The notes beneath the pieces are model-generated. The model was given only the letters and a program-made list of their open reading frames with translations. It was not told the origin of the DNA and made no database searches. Below are positions 40,484 to 49,858 of a DNA stretch of 64,000 bases, one piece after another (within the stretch, counting starts at the first letter, position 1; every line of letters starts with the position of its first letter). Source of the DNA: an uncultured Akkermansia sp. (GTDB lineage Bacteria > Bacteroidota > Bacteroidia > Flavobacteriales_D > Crocinitomicaceae); contig CAZQKN010000007.1 of the NCBI GenBank assembly GCA_964593935.1, positions 74,004-138,003 of the forward strand. The letters are read 5' to 3'. A program made the position numbers and the translations under genes.

Positions 40484-41839
40484 TTAGTAGTGGCACTTCG
40501 CACATTCCCAACCACCAAGCTCACTAACCGTAACCTTACCGTCCTTCAGATACTTACCGTACAAAGTTTTGTCATTGTTCAGTAATCGCTTGTGGATTTC
40601 ATTGTAATAACCATCGTTCTTAGAATCGATTGAACCAGTAGAGATCTCTTTCTCTCCGTGACATTCAATACACCAACCCATTGTCAATGTAGGCTTTGTC
40701 AACACCACGTTCCCTTCGATCTTGTTCAATTCTTCAACCGGCCAAACTTTCTGCGTTTCTTTCTGCTTGGTCATGTCTCCGTGGCACTGCTTACAATCAA
40801 TTCCACCAACAGTTACGTGCTGAGCGTGGTTGAAGTAAACGTGATCAGGAAGAACGTGAACCTTGTTCCAAACGATCGGCTTAGTTTTTCCTGTATACTT
40901 ACCTGCGCCTTCCGGATCCCAACCAGCTGCTTCGTATATCTTTGCTATCTGCTCCTGCTGTTCAGGTGTACGACCGTTCACCTGCTTGTGACAGTTCATA
41001 CATACGTTCACTGAAGGGATACCAGCCGTCTTCGACTTAGTAACCGAACTGTGACAATATTTACAATCGATACCGTTGATACCGGCGTGAACCGAGTGAG
41101 GGAATGCGATAGGCTGTGAAGGTTGATAGTTTTCCACCACGCCAATGCTACCAAGAGCAAGGAAAAGCGAAACAACTACACCAATAACTACTACCAAAGT
41201 CCCCAAACCAACATACAATCTGTTCTTCCACGCCCAAGCCTTAAGCTCCTCAGCGTAGGTCAAACTGTCGTTAACTTCTTCACCGTTCGCCTCAGCTGCA
41301 GCAAAGCTCAATTGACGACGAACTCCCCCAACTGCCAGGATCACAGTAATGAAAATGATACCCAGAATGATCCAGATCCATTTGTTTGAACCTTCTTCTT
41401 CCACTACATCTCCAGCAGGAGTAGCAGTACCATCACCACCGTCAGCAGCAGCTGTAGCTGGATCTGGTTGTGAATCAACCCAGTCAAGGATCGCATCGAT
41501 CTCTTCTTTCTTCAATTCAGGGAAGGCACTCATTGCCGTTGGCGAATATGCTACTATTGTTGCAGCATATGGATCATTGGCCGCAGCCGTCTGCCAGTTG
41601 TTTACCCACTGATAGATCGATCCTTCCTTCGCGCCGCCGTCAGCCCATTTCTGACGAACCTGAAATAGCTTTGGTCCAGTTCCGTTCTTGTGCGGCTGGT
41701 GACAGCTTGCACATTTCGCCTTAAAGAGAGCATCACCCTGAGCGTGCGTAGTAAATGTTCCCGCAAAGAAGACAAGCATCAACGCGCTGAAACACCAATT
41801 TGATAAATTTCTAAACATCTGACTTCTAGATATTTTCAT
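40484..41839 (-). CDS. actA: alternative complex III multihaem cytochrome c ActA with an extra N-terminal monohaem domain
   Basis: Has six CxxCH motifs: CASCH, CKYCH, CMNCH, CKQCH, CIECH and CAKCH. A TM segment separates the first haem domain from the pentahaem part. Confidence 0.9.
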   Translation of the reverse strand: MKISRSQMFRNLSNWCFSALMLVFFAGTFTTHAQGDALFKAKCASCHQPHKNGTGPKLFQVRQKWADGGAKEGSIYQWVNNWQTAAANDPYAATIVAYSPTAMSAFPELKKEEIDAILDWVDSQPDPATAAADGGDGTATPAGDVVEEEGSNKWIWIILGIIFITVILAVGGVRRQLSFAAAEANGEEVNDSLTYAEELKAWAWKNRLYVGLGTLVVVIGVVVSLFLALGSIGVVENYQPSQPIAFPHSVHAGINGIDCKYCHSSVTKSKTAGIPSVNVCMNCHKQVNGRTPEQQEQIAKIYEAAGWDPEGAGKYTGKTKPIVWNKVHVLPDHVYFNHAQHVTVGGIDCKQCHGDMTKQKETQKVWPVEELNKIEGNVVLTKPTLTMGWCIECHGEKEISTGSIDSKNDGYYNEIHKRLLNNDKTLYGKYLKDGKVTVSELGGWECAKCHY

Positions 41840-41886
41840 GTAAAAAACTGTAAGTCTTACTCAAAAAAAACACTTTTTGACGGAAG

Positions 41887-41894
41887 CAAATTTA
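41887..41894 (-). promoter_or_regulatory. candidate -7 box TAAATTTG for the ACIII/cox operon
   Basis: Plus strand reads CAAATTTA. It matches TAnnTTTG, 47 nt upstream of the actA ATG. Confidence 0.4.
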
Positions 41895-42075
41895 GAAGAA
41901 ACCTAGTATTGCGTGACAGTTTTATGACAAATTTCAGCTGTGTTAAGTCAATTTAAATTCATTCTAAATAAGGCCGACTATTGCCTTGTTTCTGATTGCT
42001 ACCTATTTAACTCACAATTTGACACACACCAAGCAGACTTTAAATATCGGCACAGTGTTTGACCGGAAGTTTTCC

Positions 42076-42083
42076 TAAATTTG
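42076..42083 (+). promoter_or_regulatory. candidate -7 box TAAATTTG for the SPOR-domain gene
   Basis: Matches TAnnTTTG, 18 nt upstream of the ATG at 42102. Confidence 0.4.
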
Positions 42084-42101
42084 TCCAACAACATTTTCAA
42101 T

Positions 42102-42497
42102 ATGAATAGAATTTTGATTTTAGTGCTTTCCTTGTTTACACTGCCTGTTCTGGCGCAGAATGGAAACGTGGAAATCATTAAAGACGATCGAATAGATATC
42201 CTAGTGAAGCAGAAAGGGGCCATCATCCCACCGGCTACTTCACCACAGATCAGCGGATTCAGGGTTCAACTTGTTTTTGATTCGAATAAAAAATTGATCG
42301 ACGAAGCCCGTTCAAGGTTCGTATCAAGTTATCCTAAAATTGTCACTTATATCACGTACAACGCTCCAAACTTTGTCTTGAAGATCGGTGATTTCAGAAC
42401 CAAACAGGAAGCAGATAAAGTGAAAGACGGCTTGATGAGGGATTTTCCAACTTGCTTCGTGGTAAAGGAAATGATCAACCTACCGAGGATCGACTGA
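42102..42497 (+). CDS. SPOR domain-containing protein
   Basis: Signal peptide MNRILILVLSLFTLPVLAQ. The SPOR-like segment is GFRVQLVFDSNKK...IGDFRTKQEADKVK. I prefer the ATG at 42102 because the TTG at 42081 lies inside the predicted -7 box. Confidence 0.8.
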   Translation: MNRILILVLSLFTLPVLAQNGNVEIIKDDRIDILVKQKGAIIPPATSPQISGFRVQLVFDSNKKLIDEARSRFVSSYPKIVTYITYNAPNFVLKIGDFRTKQEADKVKDGLMRDFPTCFVVKEMINLPRID

Positions 42498-42523
42498 TAG
42501 ATCGCTTGAAAATTTCAGAAGGA

Positions 42524-42925
42524 ATGTCAGATCAGCAATTTGGTAAGGAATATAAGCTTTGCTCGAAGAAGTTGATCGATGACGTGTTCAACAACGGTTC
42601 AACAGTGAAACAGTTTCCAATAAGATTACTTTTCATTGAAATTCCGGAAATTCACCAGATAAAAACCCAATTTCAGATCGTTTTTGCAGTTCCCAAGAAA
42701 CGGTTTCGAGCTGCCAACGATAGGAACTATATTAAACGGATGCTCAGAGAGGCCTTTCGAAAGAACAAAGCTGAACTGGAAGAACAACTCAAGATCAAGA
42801 ATAAAAAACTGGCACTTTTTCTGATCTATTCTGAAAAAGAAATTCTGGAATATTCCGTTCTTGAAAAAAAGACTTTGAAACTTATACAACAACTCACCAT
42901 ATCTTTGGATCATGACAAGAATTAA
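42524..42925 (+). CDS. rnpA: ribonuclease P protein component
   Basis: Basic 133-aa protein (FGKEYKLCSKKLIDDVF...RNYIKRMLREAFRKNK). The ATG is at 42524. The ORF-track start at 42452 overlaps the SPOR gene. Confidence 0.8.
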   Translation: MSDQQFGKEYKLCSKKLIDDVFNNGSTVKQFPIRLLFIEIPEIHQIKTQFQIVFAVPKKRFRAANDRNYIKRMLREAFRKNKAELEEQLKIKNKKLALFLIYSEKEILEYSVLEKKTLKLIQQLTISLDHDKN

Positions 42926-44552
42926 TCGATCATTTTTAGCAACGGCTTTTATTTTGCTTTTTGCATTTGGTTCCAATGCACAATCAAACGGATTCGAAGT
43001 ACTCAAAAGCCTTGAACTAATGGACCAGATCTATCAGCATCTGGAAATGTACTACGTCGATGAACCTCAACCAGGAAAAATATCCAAGGCCGGGATAGAT
43101 GCGATGTTGAAAGAACTGGACCCTTACACCGTATATTATCATGAAGCCAATATTGAGGATTACCGCTTGATGACCACCGGACAGTACGGTGGGATCGGTG
43201 CCCTGATCCGTAAGATAGGTGAACACACATTCATTGCTGAACCATACGAAGGAAATCCAGCTCATTCAGCTGGTTTAAGAGCGGGAGACAAGATCATATC
43301 GATAGATGGGAAATCAATGAAAGGTTTGGCTTCTGATGAAGTATCCTCTTCTTTGAAAGGTCCGAAAGGAACAACGATCAAGATCGAGGTGGAACGCGAA
43401 AAAGAAGGGATCAAAACCATCTCTGTAACGAGGGATGAGATCAAATTACCGGATGTACCTTATTCCGGCATGATCAACTCTTCAACAGGGTATATTAAAC
43501 TGAACTCTTTCACCCAAACAGCAGCATCAGATGTTAAAACGGCTTTTAACCAATTAAAGGAACAGGGAATGAAAGAACTCGTGCTGGATTTGCGAGGAAA
43601 CGGCGGTGGTCTGTTAATTGAAGCGGTAAAGATCGTTAACATGTTCGTTAAGAAAGGTGAAACAGTCGTAACTACAAAAGGAAGGGTTGCGGAAGAAAAT
43701 CGCGTTTACAAAACCCTCGAAAACCCACTTGACCTTGAAATTCCATTGGTGATCCTGATAGATGAGGGATCTGCTTCGGCAAGTGAGATCGTGGCAGGAA
43801 GCATTCAGGACCTCGACCGAGGAGTGGTCGTCGGTGAAACATCTTTTGGAAAGGGACTGGTACAGCGAACTTACGACCTGAAATACGGATCTAAGGTAAA
43901 ATTGACCATAGCAAAATACTACACACCATCCGGACGCTGTGTTCAACGACTAGAGTATTATGACAAAGAAGAAGGCGCACGTCCAAAAGAAGTTCCGGAT
44001 TCTTTATTAAAAGTGTTCAAAACAGTCAATGGCAGAGATGTGATCGATGGAAGAGGAATCGAACCGGATGTCAAGGTGGAACAGAAAGAGTTGAGCAGAA
44101 TGACTGCTACTATCTACTCCAAAAACTTCATTTTTGATTACGCCACTAAATTCGCGGCCGAAAATCCAAGTATTGCTGAGGCGGGTAAATTCAGCATGAC
44201 CGAGGAACAATTCAATGCTTTTCGAGATTACGTTTTAAAACAAGACTTCTCTTATACGACCGCATCCGAAGAGATCTTGAAGAAAATGAAGGAAACAGCA
44301 GTTGAGGAAGGCTATTTCGAGGAAAGCTCAGCCGAGTACGAAGCGTTACTTTCTAAAGTTCACCCTTCGAAAGAAAGAGATCTTGAAAAATTCCGATCGG
44401 AGATCCAGCAGTTGCTGGAAAATGAGATCATTTCTCGCTACTATTTCCAGAAAGGACGTGCAGTAGACGCCTTTAGAAATGATCCGGTATTGAAAAAAGG
44501 AATTGAGATCCTTACAAATAAGAATGAGTACAATACTATTTTGAAGAAATAG
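42912..44552 (+). CDS. S41 family C-terminal processing peptidase
   Basis: 546 aa with a signal peptide, a PDZ segment (GLRAGDKIISIDGKSM), the catalytic region GSASASEI and the Lys motif TIAKYYTPSGR. Confidence 0.9.
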   Translation: MTRINRSFLATAFILLFAFGSNAQSNGFEVLKSLELMDQIYQHLEMYYVDEPQPGKISKAGIDAMLKELDPYTVYYHEANIEDYRLMTTGQYGGIGALIRKIGEHTFIAEPYEGNPAHSAGLRAGDKIISIDGKSMKGLASDEVSSSLKGPKGTTIKIEVEREKEGIKTISVTRDEIKLPDVPYSGMINSSTGYIKLNSFTQTAASDVKTAFNQLKEQGMKELVLDLRGNGGGLLIEAVKIVNMFVKKGETVVTTKGRVAEENRVYKTLENPLDLEIPLVILIDEGSASASEIVAGSIQDLDRGVVVGETSFGKGLVQRTYDLKYGSKVKLTIAKYYTPSGRCVQRLEYYDKEEGARPKEVPDSLLKVFKTVNGRDVIDGRGIEPDVKVEQKELSRMTATIYSKNFIFDYATKFAAENPSIAEAGKFSMTEEQFNAFRDYVLKQDFSYTTASEEILKKMKETAVEEGYFEESSAEYEALLSKVHPSKERDLEKFRSEIQQLLENEIISRYYFQKGRAVDAFRNDPVLKKGIEILTNKNEYNTILKK

Positions 44553-44580
44553 TCGTTTAGCTTTTTTAAACTACTCATAC

Positions 44581-46113
44581 ATGAACTATCGGAACCTTGG
44601 AAACAAGGTACATACTTCTGTACATTTTCTGGCAATAGCAGGAATAGCCGTGGGTTTACCATTCAGCAAAGCGGTAATGTCGATCGGTATGATGCTTGGT
44701 GTCCTGAATCTCTTCATAGAAGCCAATTTCAGCGTTTATTGGAACAAACTGAAAGAAAACAAAGCTTTCTACCTGATCGCGTCACTTTTCCTGATCCACA
44801 TCGTCGCACTATTGTGGACTTCAGACTGGGACTATGCACTTAATGACCTTCGAGTAAAACTTCCTCTGCTCGTTATACCGGTCATCTTATTTTCAAAACC
44901 AATAGATACGGTAAAAGAAAGAGATCTCATACTACATCTTTTTCTGATCTCTTTATTAAGCACCTCATTATACAATTATCTTGCATATCAAGGAGTGATA
45001 GGCAACTATTCCTACAACGATATCCGCGGATTGTCCTTGTTTGGTTCGCATATACGCTACGGAATTCTCATTGCTTTTGGTGCAATGATCAGTTTATGGT
45101 ATGTGTTGATCAGGTCCTCATTTAAAGCTTTTCATTTAGTCGTTTTCCTTTGGTTGGCATATTACACTTATTACAGTCAGATCATTTCTGGAATGCTTGC
45201 ACTGCTTACAGGAATTGTTGCCGTAATTTTTCTCATCCTTCACGAACGTAAACGCATTTGGGCCTATGTTTTTGCCATCACCATCATTTGTTTACCGCTA
45301 ATTGGAGGCTTCTTCTTTCTGAAGGAAAACAATACAAAAAAAGAACAAGTTGATATCAGTGAACTACCCGAGCGAACTGCAGAAGGAAACCCTTACGTTC
45401 ACAGCACCGTGGAGCAAAGAGATACCAAGGGGAATTATCTTTTTATTAATTTGTGTGAGGAGGAGCTTCGCAGGGAATGGAATAAAGTCTCTACGATAGA
45501 TTACGACAGCCTCGATATCAAAGGGCAGAAAGTGAGCTTTACCTTGATCCGATACATGACTTCCCTAGGACTCATGAAAGATGCCCAAGGTTTTCAGCAC
45601 CTTAAAGAAGACGACCTTCGTAAGATCGAAAATGGAATTGCCGAATATGGTGAAGGCAAATCAGGGTTGATCGGGCGACTTACGGGAATTCAATTTCAAC
45701 TTCAAGGGAAAGATGATCCAAACGGATACTCGCTGTTGCAAAGACTGGAATACTGGAAAACAGGAATGCACATCCTGAAAGAAAACTGGCTCATTGGTGT
45801 TGGCACGGGAGATGTTCAAAAAGCCTTCGATGATCAGTACGAACGTGATCGATCACCACTATATCCTGAAAACCGATTGAGAGCACACAACTCCTACCTT
45901 ACCTTCTGGATCACATTTGGAGTAGCAGGATTCTTACTTTTTTTATTCCTGATCTTTTCTTATTTGAAAGATCACATAAGTCTGAAGAAAACTCCGGCAT
46001 TCATATTCATGATGATAGCTGCAGCAACTTTTTTATTGGAGGACACCTTGGAAACTCAAACGGGTGTAACATTCTTTGCCTTCTTCTACTCCTTCTTCAA
46101 GAAGGACGACTAA
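44581..46113 (+). CDS. O-antigen ligase (Wzy_C) family membrane protein
   Basis: 510-aa polytopic protein with a large loop and the motif RAHNSYLTFWITFGVAG. Confidence 0.8.
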   Translation: MNYRNLGNKVHTSVHFLAIAGIAVGLPFSKAVMSIGMMLGVLNLFIEANFSVYWNKLKENKAFYLIASLFLIHIVALLWTSDWDYALNDLRVKLPLLVIPVILFSKPIDTVKERDLILHLFLISLLSTSLYNYLAYQGVIGNYSYNDIRGLSLFGSHIRYGILIAFGAMISLWYVLIRSSFKAFHLVVFLWLAYYTYYSQIISGMLALLTGIVAVIFLILHERKRIWAYVFAITIICLPLIGGFFFLKENNTKKEQVDISELPERTAEGNPYVHSTVEQRDTKGNYLFINLCEEELRREWNKVSTIDYDSLDIKGQKVSFTLIRYMTSLGLMKDAQGFQHLKEDDLRKIENGIAEYGEGKSGLIGRLTGIQFQLQGKDDPNGYSLLQRLEYWKTGMHILKENWLIGVGTGDVQKAFDDQYERDRSPLYPENRLRAHNSYLTFWITFGVAGFLLFLFLIFSYLKDHISLKKTPAFIFMMIAAATFLLEDTLETQTGVTFFAFFYSFFKKDD

Positions 46114-46118
46114 GTCGT

Positions 46119-48281
46119 TTACTGACTCTTAAAGATGCTCTTGACTTCTTTTCCGATCTGACTGATCTTCTCCATACCCAAGGAGATCGCATTGGAATCA
46201 AAATCTTCGTACTTGGAAAACACTGAATCGACTATCTTTTGTGAAGGGTAAATGATGATGGTATCGTTTTCCGGGAAGGCTTTTTCCAGTTTAGCCGGCA
46301 TATTATCAATTGCAGGGGTGTATGAAACGCCTCCTTTGCGAGCTGCACAACAGACGATAAGATCATTCTCGTTCTTTCGCTCATTCACAAGGAAGAAGTC
46401 GTCAATATCATCCAGCTGAACAAGTTTGGTATTTCCCTCATATTTGTTGAATTCAGCGATCTTTTCCCAACGCTCGAATGTTGTTTCCTTTCCATACATA
46501 TCGATATGCAAGCCCAATTCCTTGGCCAACCTCAAAATTCTCTCCGCCCACATAACAAAACTGGATTCCACCTCAGCAAATTCGGGACATATCAGAATAA
46601 TCCGTTTATAGATCAACGCGGCCCGGTCCATCTGACAGAAAAAGATCATTTTATCGCACACATCCATCAAGTGATCGCGATCATCTCCTACGATCCTTTT
46701 GATCAGATTCATTTTCCTGTTGTCATTCAACACTACAATGTCAGCTACCAGTTCTTTTGAAACCCTGGCAACACCGGAGGAAAAATTATGATCGATCGTT
46801 GCCATTGCATTTACCTTGGCGTCAGCACCGGAAAAATGCTTAACGATCTCATCAAGGTAACGTCTGGCTCCCCGGATCATTCGTTCTGCCACCTCATCAT
46901 TGGGCAAAACACTTACCACCGATATTGGATTGATCACTTTCTTGTCCGTTATCATTAAGGAAAAATCCAGCAACCGTTCATTTCCTCTCAGATCGTTGAT
47001 CGCAAGCATCAGGTGCTGATTGCGAAGTTTTGTTTCCTGAATCTCATCCCCCTCCTTACCGGCCAATTCGATCAACATGCGCTTACCTGCGTTCTCCGCC
47101 ACAAAAGAAGATACCATACACGTAATAAGGATAAGAACTATGGTTCCGTTTACGATCTGAATACTCAGGATCCCACTCTCATAACCAACCATTATGATTG
47201 CCAATGTCGCCGCCGCGTGTGCAGTACTCAATCCAAAGATCAACTGCCTTTCCGTTGAAGTCATTCGAAAGATCCATTGAGTAAGAAGCGCTGCTGTCCA
47301 TTTGCTGAAGATCGCAAAAGTGGTCAGCACACCGGCAATGATCAGCGACCAAGTACCGTCGAACAATACTCGATAATTGACCACCATTCCCACATAGATG
47401 AGGAAGAAGGGAATGAAAAGAGTGTTCCCGATAAATTCGATCCTGTTCATCAAAGTAGTACTGTGGGGAATCAGTTTATTGAGAACCAACCCTGCAGTAA
47501 ATGCCCCAATAATATGTTCCACCCCGGCAACTTCAGCAAGAAAAGCTGCGAAAAAAACAACCGAAAGGACAAAGATGTATTGAGCGGTGCTTTCACTTTC
47601 CAGTTTGCTGAAAAACCACTTCGCAACACGTGGAATAAAGAAGAACATGATCAACGAAAAGATGATCAGGGAGGTGATCAAACTTAACCAGAATCCACCA
47701 TCAAGACTTCCTCTCGCAGAACTTGAAATGATGGCCAAAATGATGAGAACCGCAGTATCTGTTAAAATCGTTCCCCCAATAGCCAAAGCAACTGAGGTAT
47801 GCTTCGTTAATCCAAATTTGGAAACGATCGGATAGGCAACAAGGGTGTGCGTGGCAAACATACTTGCTGTAAGCAAAGCAGCCGTAGAATTCATATTGAG
47901 TACATACAAACAAAGCGGATATCCTAAGGCAATAGGAATAAAGAAGGTCAGTGCCCCAAAAACAACACTTTTTCGAAGATATTTCCTGAATTCATTGAGG
48001 TCCAGTTCAAGACCGGCGATAAACATGATGTAAAGCAGTCCGATCGTAGAGAATAATTTGATCGATCCTTCAGACTCCATGGTTTTCATTCCAATCAAAC
48101 CTAGCCCATGTGGGCCGACGATCACTCCGGAAATGATCAGCCCGATAATTGCCGGTACCCTGACCTTGCGCAATAAGATCGGAGTGAGCAGAATGATGAA
48201 GAGCAAAATGGAAAAAACAAGTACAGGATTGCGCAATGGCAATTGAAATTCTTCAAATAAATGATGAAAAAAATCCTCCAT
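46119..48281 (-). CDS. cation:proton antiporter (CPA2-like) with a large cytoplasmic C-terminal USP-like region
   Basis: The N-terminal half is a polytopic Na/H-exchanger-like domain. The soluble C-terminal part is about 320 aa. I prefer the ATG at 48281 (MEDFFHHLFEEF). Confidence 0.85.
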   Translation of the reverse strand: MEDFFHHLFEEFQLPLRNPVLVFSILLFIILLTPILLRKVRVPAIIGLIISGVIVGPHGLGLIGMKTMESEGSIKLFSTIGLLYIMFIAGLELDLNEFRKYLRKSVVFGALTFFIPIALGYPLCLYVLNMNSTAALLTASMFATHTLVAYPIVSKFGLTKHTSVALAIGGTILTDTAVLIILAIISSSARGSLDGGFWLSLITSLIIFSLIMFFFIPRVAKWFFSKLESESTAQYIFVLSVVFFAAFLAEVAGVEHIIGAFTAGLVLNKLIPHSTTLMNRIEFIGNTLFIPFFLIYVGMVVNYRVLFDGTWSLIIAGVLTTFAIFSKWTAALLTQWIFRMTSTERQLIFGLSTAHAAATLAIIMVGYESGILSIQIVNGTIVLILITCMVSSFVAENAGKRMLIELAGKEGDEIQETKLRNQHLMLAINDLRGNERLLDFSLMITDKKVINPISVVSVLPNDEVAERMIRGARRYLDEIVKHFSGADAKVNAMATIDHNFSSGVARVSKELVADIVVLNDNRKMNLIKRIVGDDRDHLMDVCDKMIFFCQMDRAALIYKRIILICPEFAEVESSFVMWAERILRLAKELGLHIDMYGKETTFERWEKIAEFNKYEGNTKLVQLDDIDDFFLVNERKNENDLIVCCAARKGGVSYTPAIDNMPAKLEKAFPENDTIIIYPSQKIVDSVFSKYEDFDSNAISLGMEKISQIGKEVKSIFKSQ

Positions 48282-48364
48282 GTGGGGTTTTAATGGAACC
48301 AAAGATACGAGTTTGCGTATGGGTAGAACACATCTGTTGAAAATCACTTAACAGATATAATGGT

Positions 48365-48372
48365 TACTTTTG
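48365..48372 (+). promoter_or_regulatory. candidate -7 box TACTTTTG for mgtE
   Basis: Matches TAnnTTTG, 16 nt upstream of the ATG at 48389. Confidence 0.4.
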
Positions 48373-48388
48373 CAAAAAACTAAGATAA

Positions 48389-49741
48389 ATGCGGTTTGAG
48401 CTCACCAAAGAATTCCTGGAAGAACTCCGTTCCCGAATAGCGGAACAGGATATTCCATGGATAAAAGAGCACATTATTGACCTGCATTTTGCAGACATTG
48501 CCGAGATCCTGGACAAACTTTCCAACGATGAGGCAAGATTTGTCTATTTCCAGCTGGACGAAGAGGTACAGGCAGATGTACTGATGGAACTGGAAGAAGA
48601 GGTCAGGGATCGCTTCCTTGCTTCACTTTCCTCAAAAGAGATCGCCGATCAGCTTGAAAACCTGGATTCGGATGATGCCGCTGACATCCTTGGGGAACTT
48701 TCCGACGATAAGATCCAAGAAGTCATCTCTCAGATGGAAGATGACGAAGCCGCTGAAGACATCGTCGACCTCTTGAATTATGACGAGGATACAGCGGGAG
48801 GTTTGATGCAGAAGGAATTCCTGAAGGCTCGGATCGACTGGCCTGTGAACCGTTGTTTGGTTGAATTACGTCGCCAGGCCGAAGACGTCGAACACGTCTA
48901 CACCATATATGTGGTGGATGAACTCAACAAACTGGTCGGATTCCTCTCTCTGAAGAGACTCTTGTTCGCCAGTCCGAAAACAAAGATCATCGACCTTTAT
49001 CAGGATAAGAATGTGATCTCTGTCAAAACAACCGACAGTAGCGAGGAAGTCGCTAAGGTGATGGAGAAATACGACCTTCTTGCCGTGCCGGTTGTCGATT
49101 TCCAAAATAAATTAGTGGGAAGGATCACCTTTGATGACGTGGTCGATGTGATCAAGGAAGAGGCGGATAAAGACTTCCAGTTAGCGACGGGTATATCTGA
49201 AAAAGTTGAATCCAATGCCAGCATATGGAGAATTTCACGCGCACGACTGCCATGGCTGCTCATTGGGATGCTGGGAGGAATTCTTGGTGCACAGGTTATT
49301 TCGGGATTTGAGGGCGGAATTGCTCAGGTCCCTGCACTGGCATTTTTTATTCCGTTGATCACCGCAATGGGAGGAAATGTGGGTGTTCAATCCTCGGCGA
49401 TCGTAGTACAATCCCTTGCTCGGGGTAACGATCTTTTCTCTTCCATCGTTTCTAAGCTGGTGAAAGAAGGTCTGGTTGCAATCGTAAACGGAATATTGCT
49501 CTCGGTACTCATCTTTGGAATTGCCTACCTTTTTGATAACGCCACTTTGGGATTTGTAGTAAGTATCTCACTGTTCACAGTAATCATCTTTGCCGCAATT
49601 TTCGGAACACTTATCCCACTGATCCTGGATAAATACAATATCGACCCCGCACTTGCAACCGGTCCGTTCATTACCACGCTCAATGATGTACTCGGTCTGT
49701 TCATCTATTTCACAATAGGAATGCTTCTTTATCATATTTAA
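48389..49741 (+). CDS. mgtE: magnesium transporter MgtE
   Basis: 450 aa with an acidic N-domain, a CBS pair and a TM domain containing GGNVGVQS. Confidence 0.95.
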   Translation: MRFELTKEFLEELRSRIAEQDIPWIKEHIIDLHFADIAEILDKLSNDEARFVYFQLDEEVQADVLMELEEEVRDRFLASLSSKEIADQLENLDSDDAADILGELSDDKIQEVISQMEDDEAAEDIVDLLNYDEDTAGGLMQKEFLKARIDWPVNRCLVELRRQAEDVEHVYTIYVVDELNKLVGFLSLKRLLFASPKTKIIDLYQDKNVISVKTTDSSEEVAKVMEKYDLLAVPVVDFQNKLVGRITFDDVVDVIKEEADKDFQLATGISEKVESNASIWRISRARLPWLLIGMLGGILGAQVISGFEGGIAQVPALAFFIPLITAMGGNVGVQSSAIVVQSLARGNDLFSSIVSKLVKEGLVAIVNGILLSVLIFGIAYLFDNATLGFVVSISLFTVIIFAAIFGTLIPLILDKYNIDPALATGPFITTLNDVLGLFIYFTIGMLLYHI

Positions 49742-49754
49742 GAGAATTGAGCAT

Positions 49755-49838
49755 GGAACATAGACCGCTTCGCTGATGGATGATTGGCTTTATATCAAGT
49801 TCTATCCATGTTCCAGGCTCCAGGCTCCATGTTCTTAA
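49755..49838. repeat. dispersed intergenic hairpin element, copy 1 (23-nt core plus heptad array)
   Basis: The core GGAACATAGACCGCTTCGCTGAT (49755-49777) is identical to 59620-59642. The right arm is ATCCATG TTCCAGG CTCCAGG CTCCATG TTCTTAA (49804-49838). The arm sequences GGAACAT / ATGTTCC are complementary. Confidence 0.65.
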
Positions 49839-49858
49839 AAAATTCCTATCTTCCCTTC

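Noticed and set aside
41999-42226. 75-aa minus-strand ORF in the ACIII/SPOR intergenic region
   Set aside because: It overlaps the SPOR gene's signal-peptide region antisense and spans the predicted promoters. It has no supporting features.
42452-42523. Upstream extension of rnpA overlapping the SPOR-domain gene
   Set aside because: The extension is in a different frame over the SPOR gene's 3' end. The ATG at 42524 gives a normal-length basic RnpA.
48305-48320. ATACG-AGTTTG-CGTAT inverted repeat in the antiporter/mgtE divergent region, resembling the operator
   Set aside because: The arms are only 5 bp and the spacing is 2 bp shorter than in the three operator copies. It overlaps the predicted -7 box instead of lying 20 nt from it. 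It is probably unrelated.
49784-49858. N-terminal extension of the dehydrogenase ORF (MALYQVLSMFQAPGSMF...)
   Set aside because: It is a translation of the heptad-repeat element. The ATG at 49859 gives a typical MKVVFLD... start.
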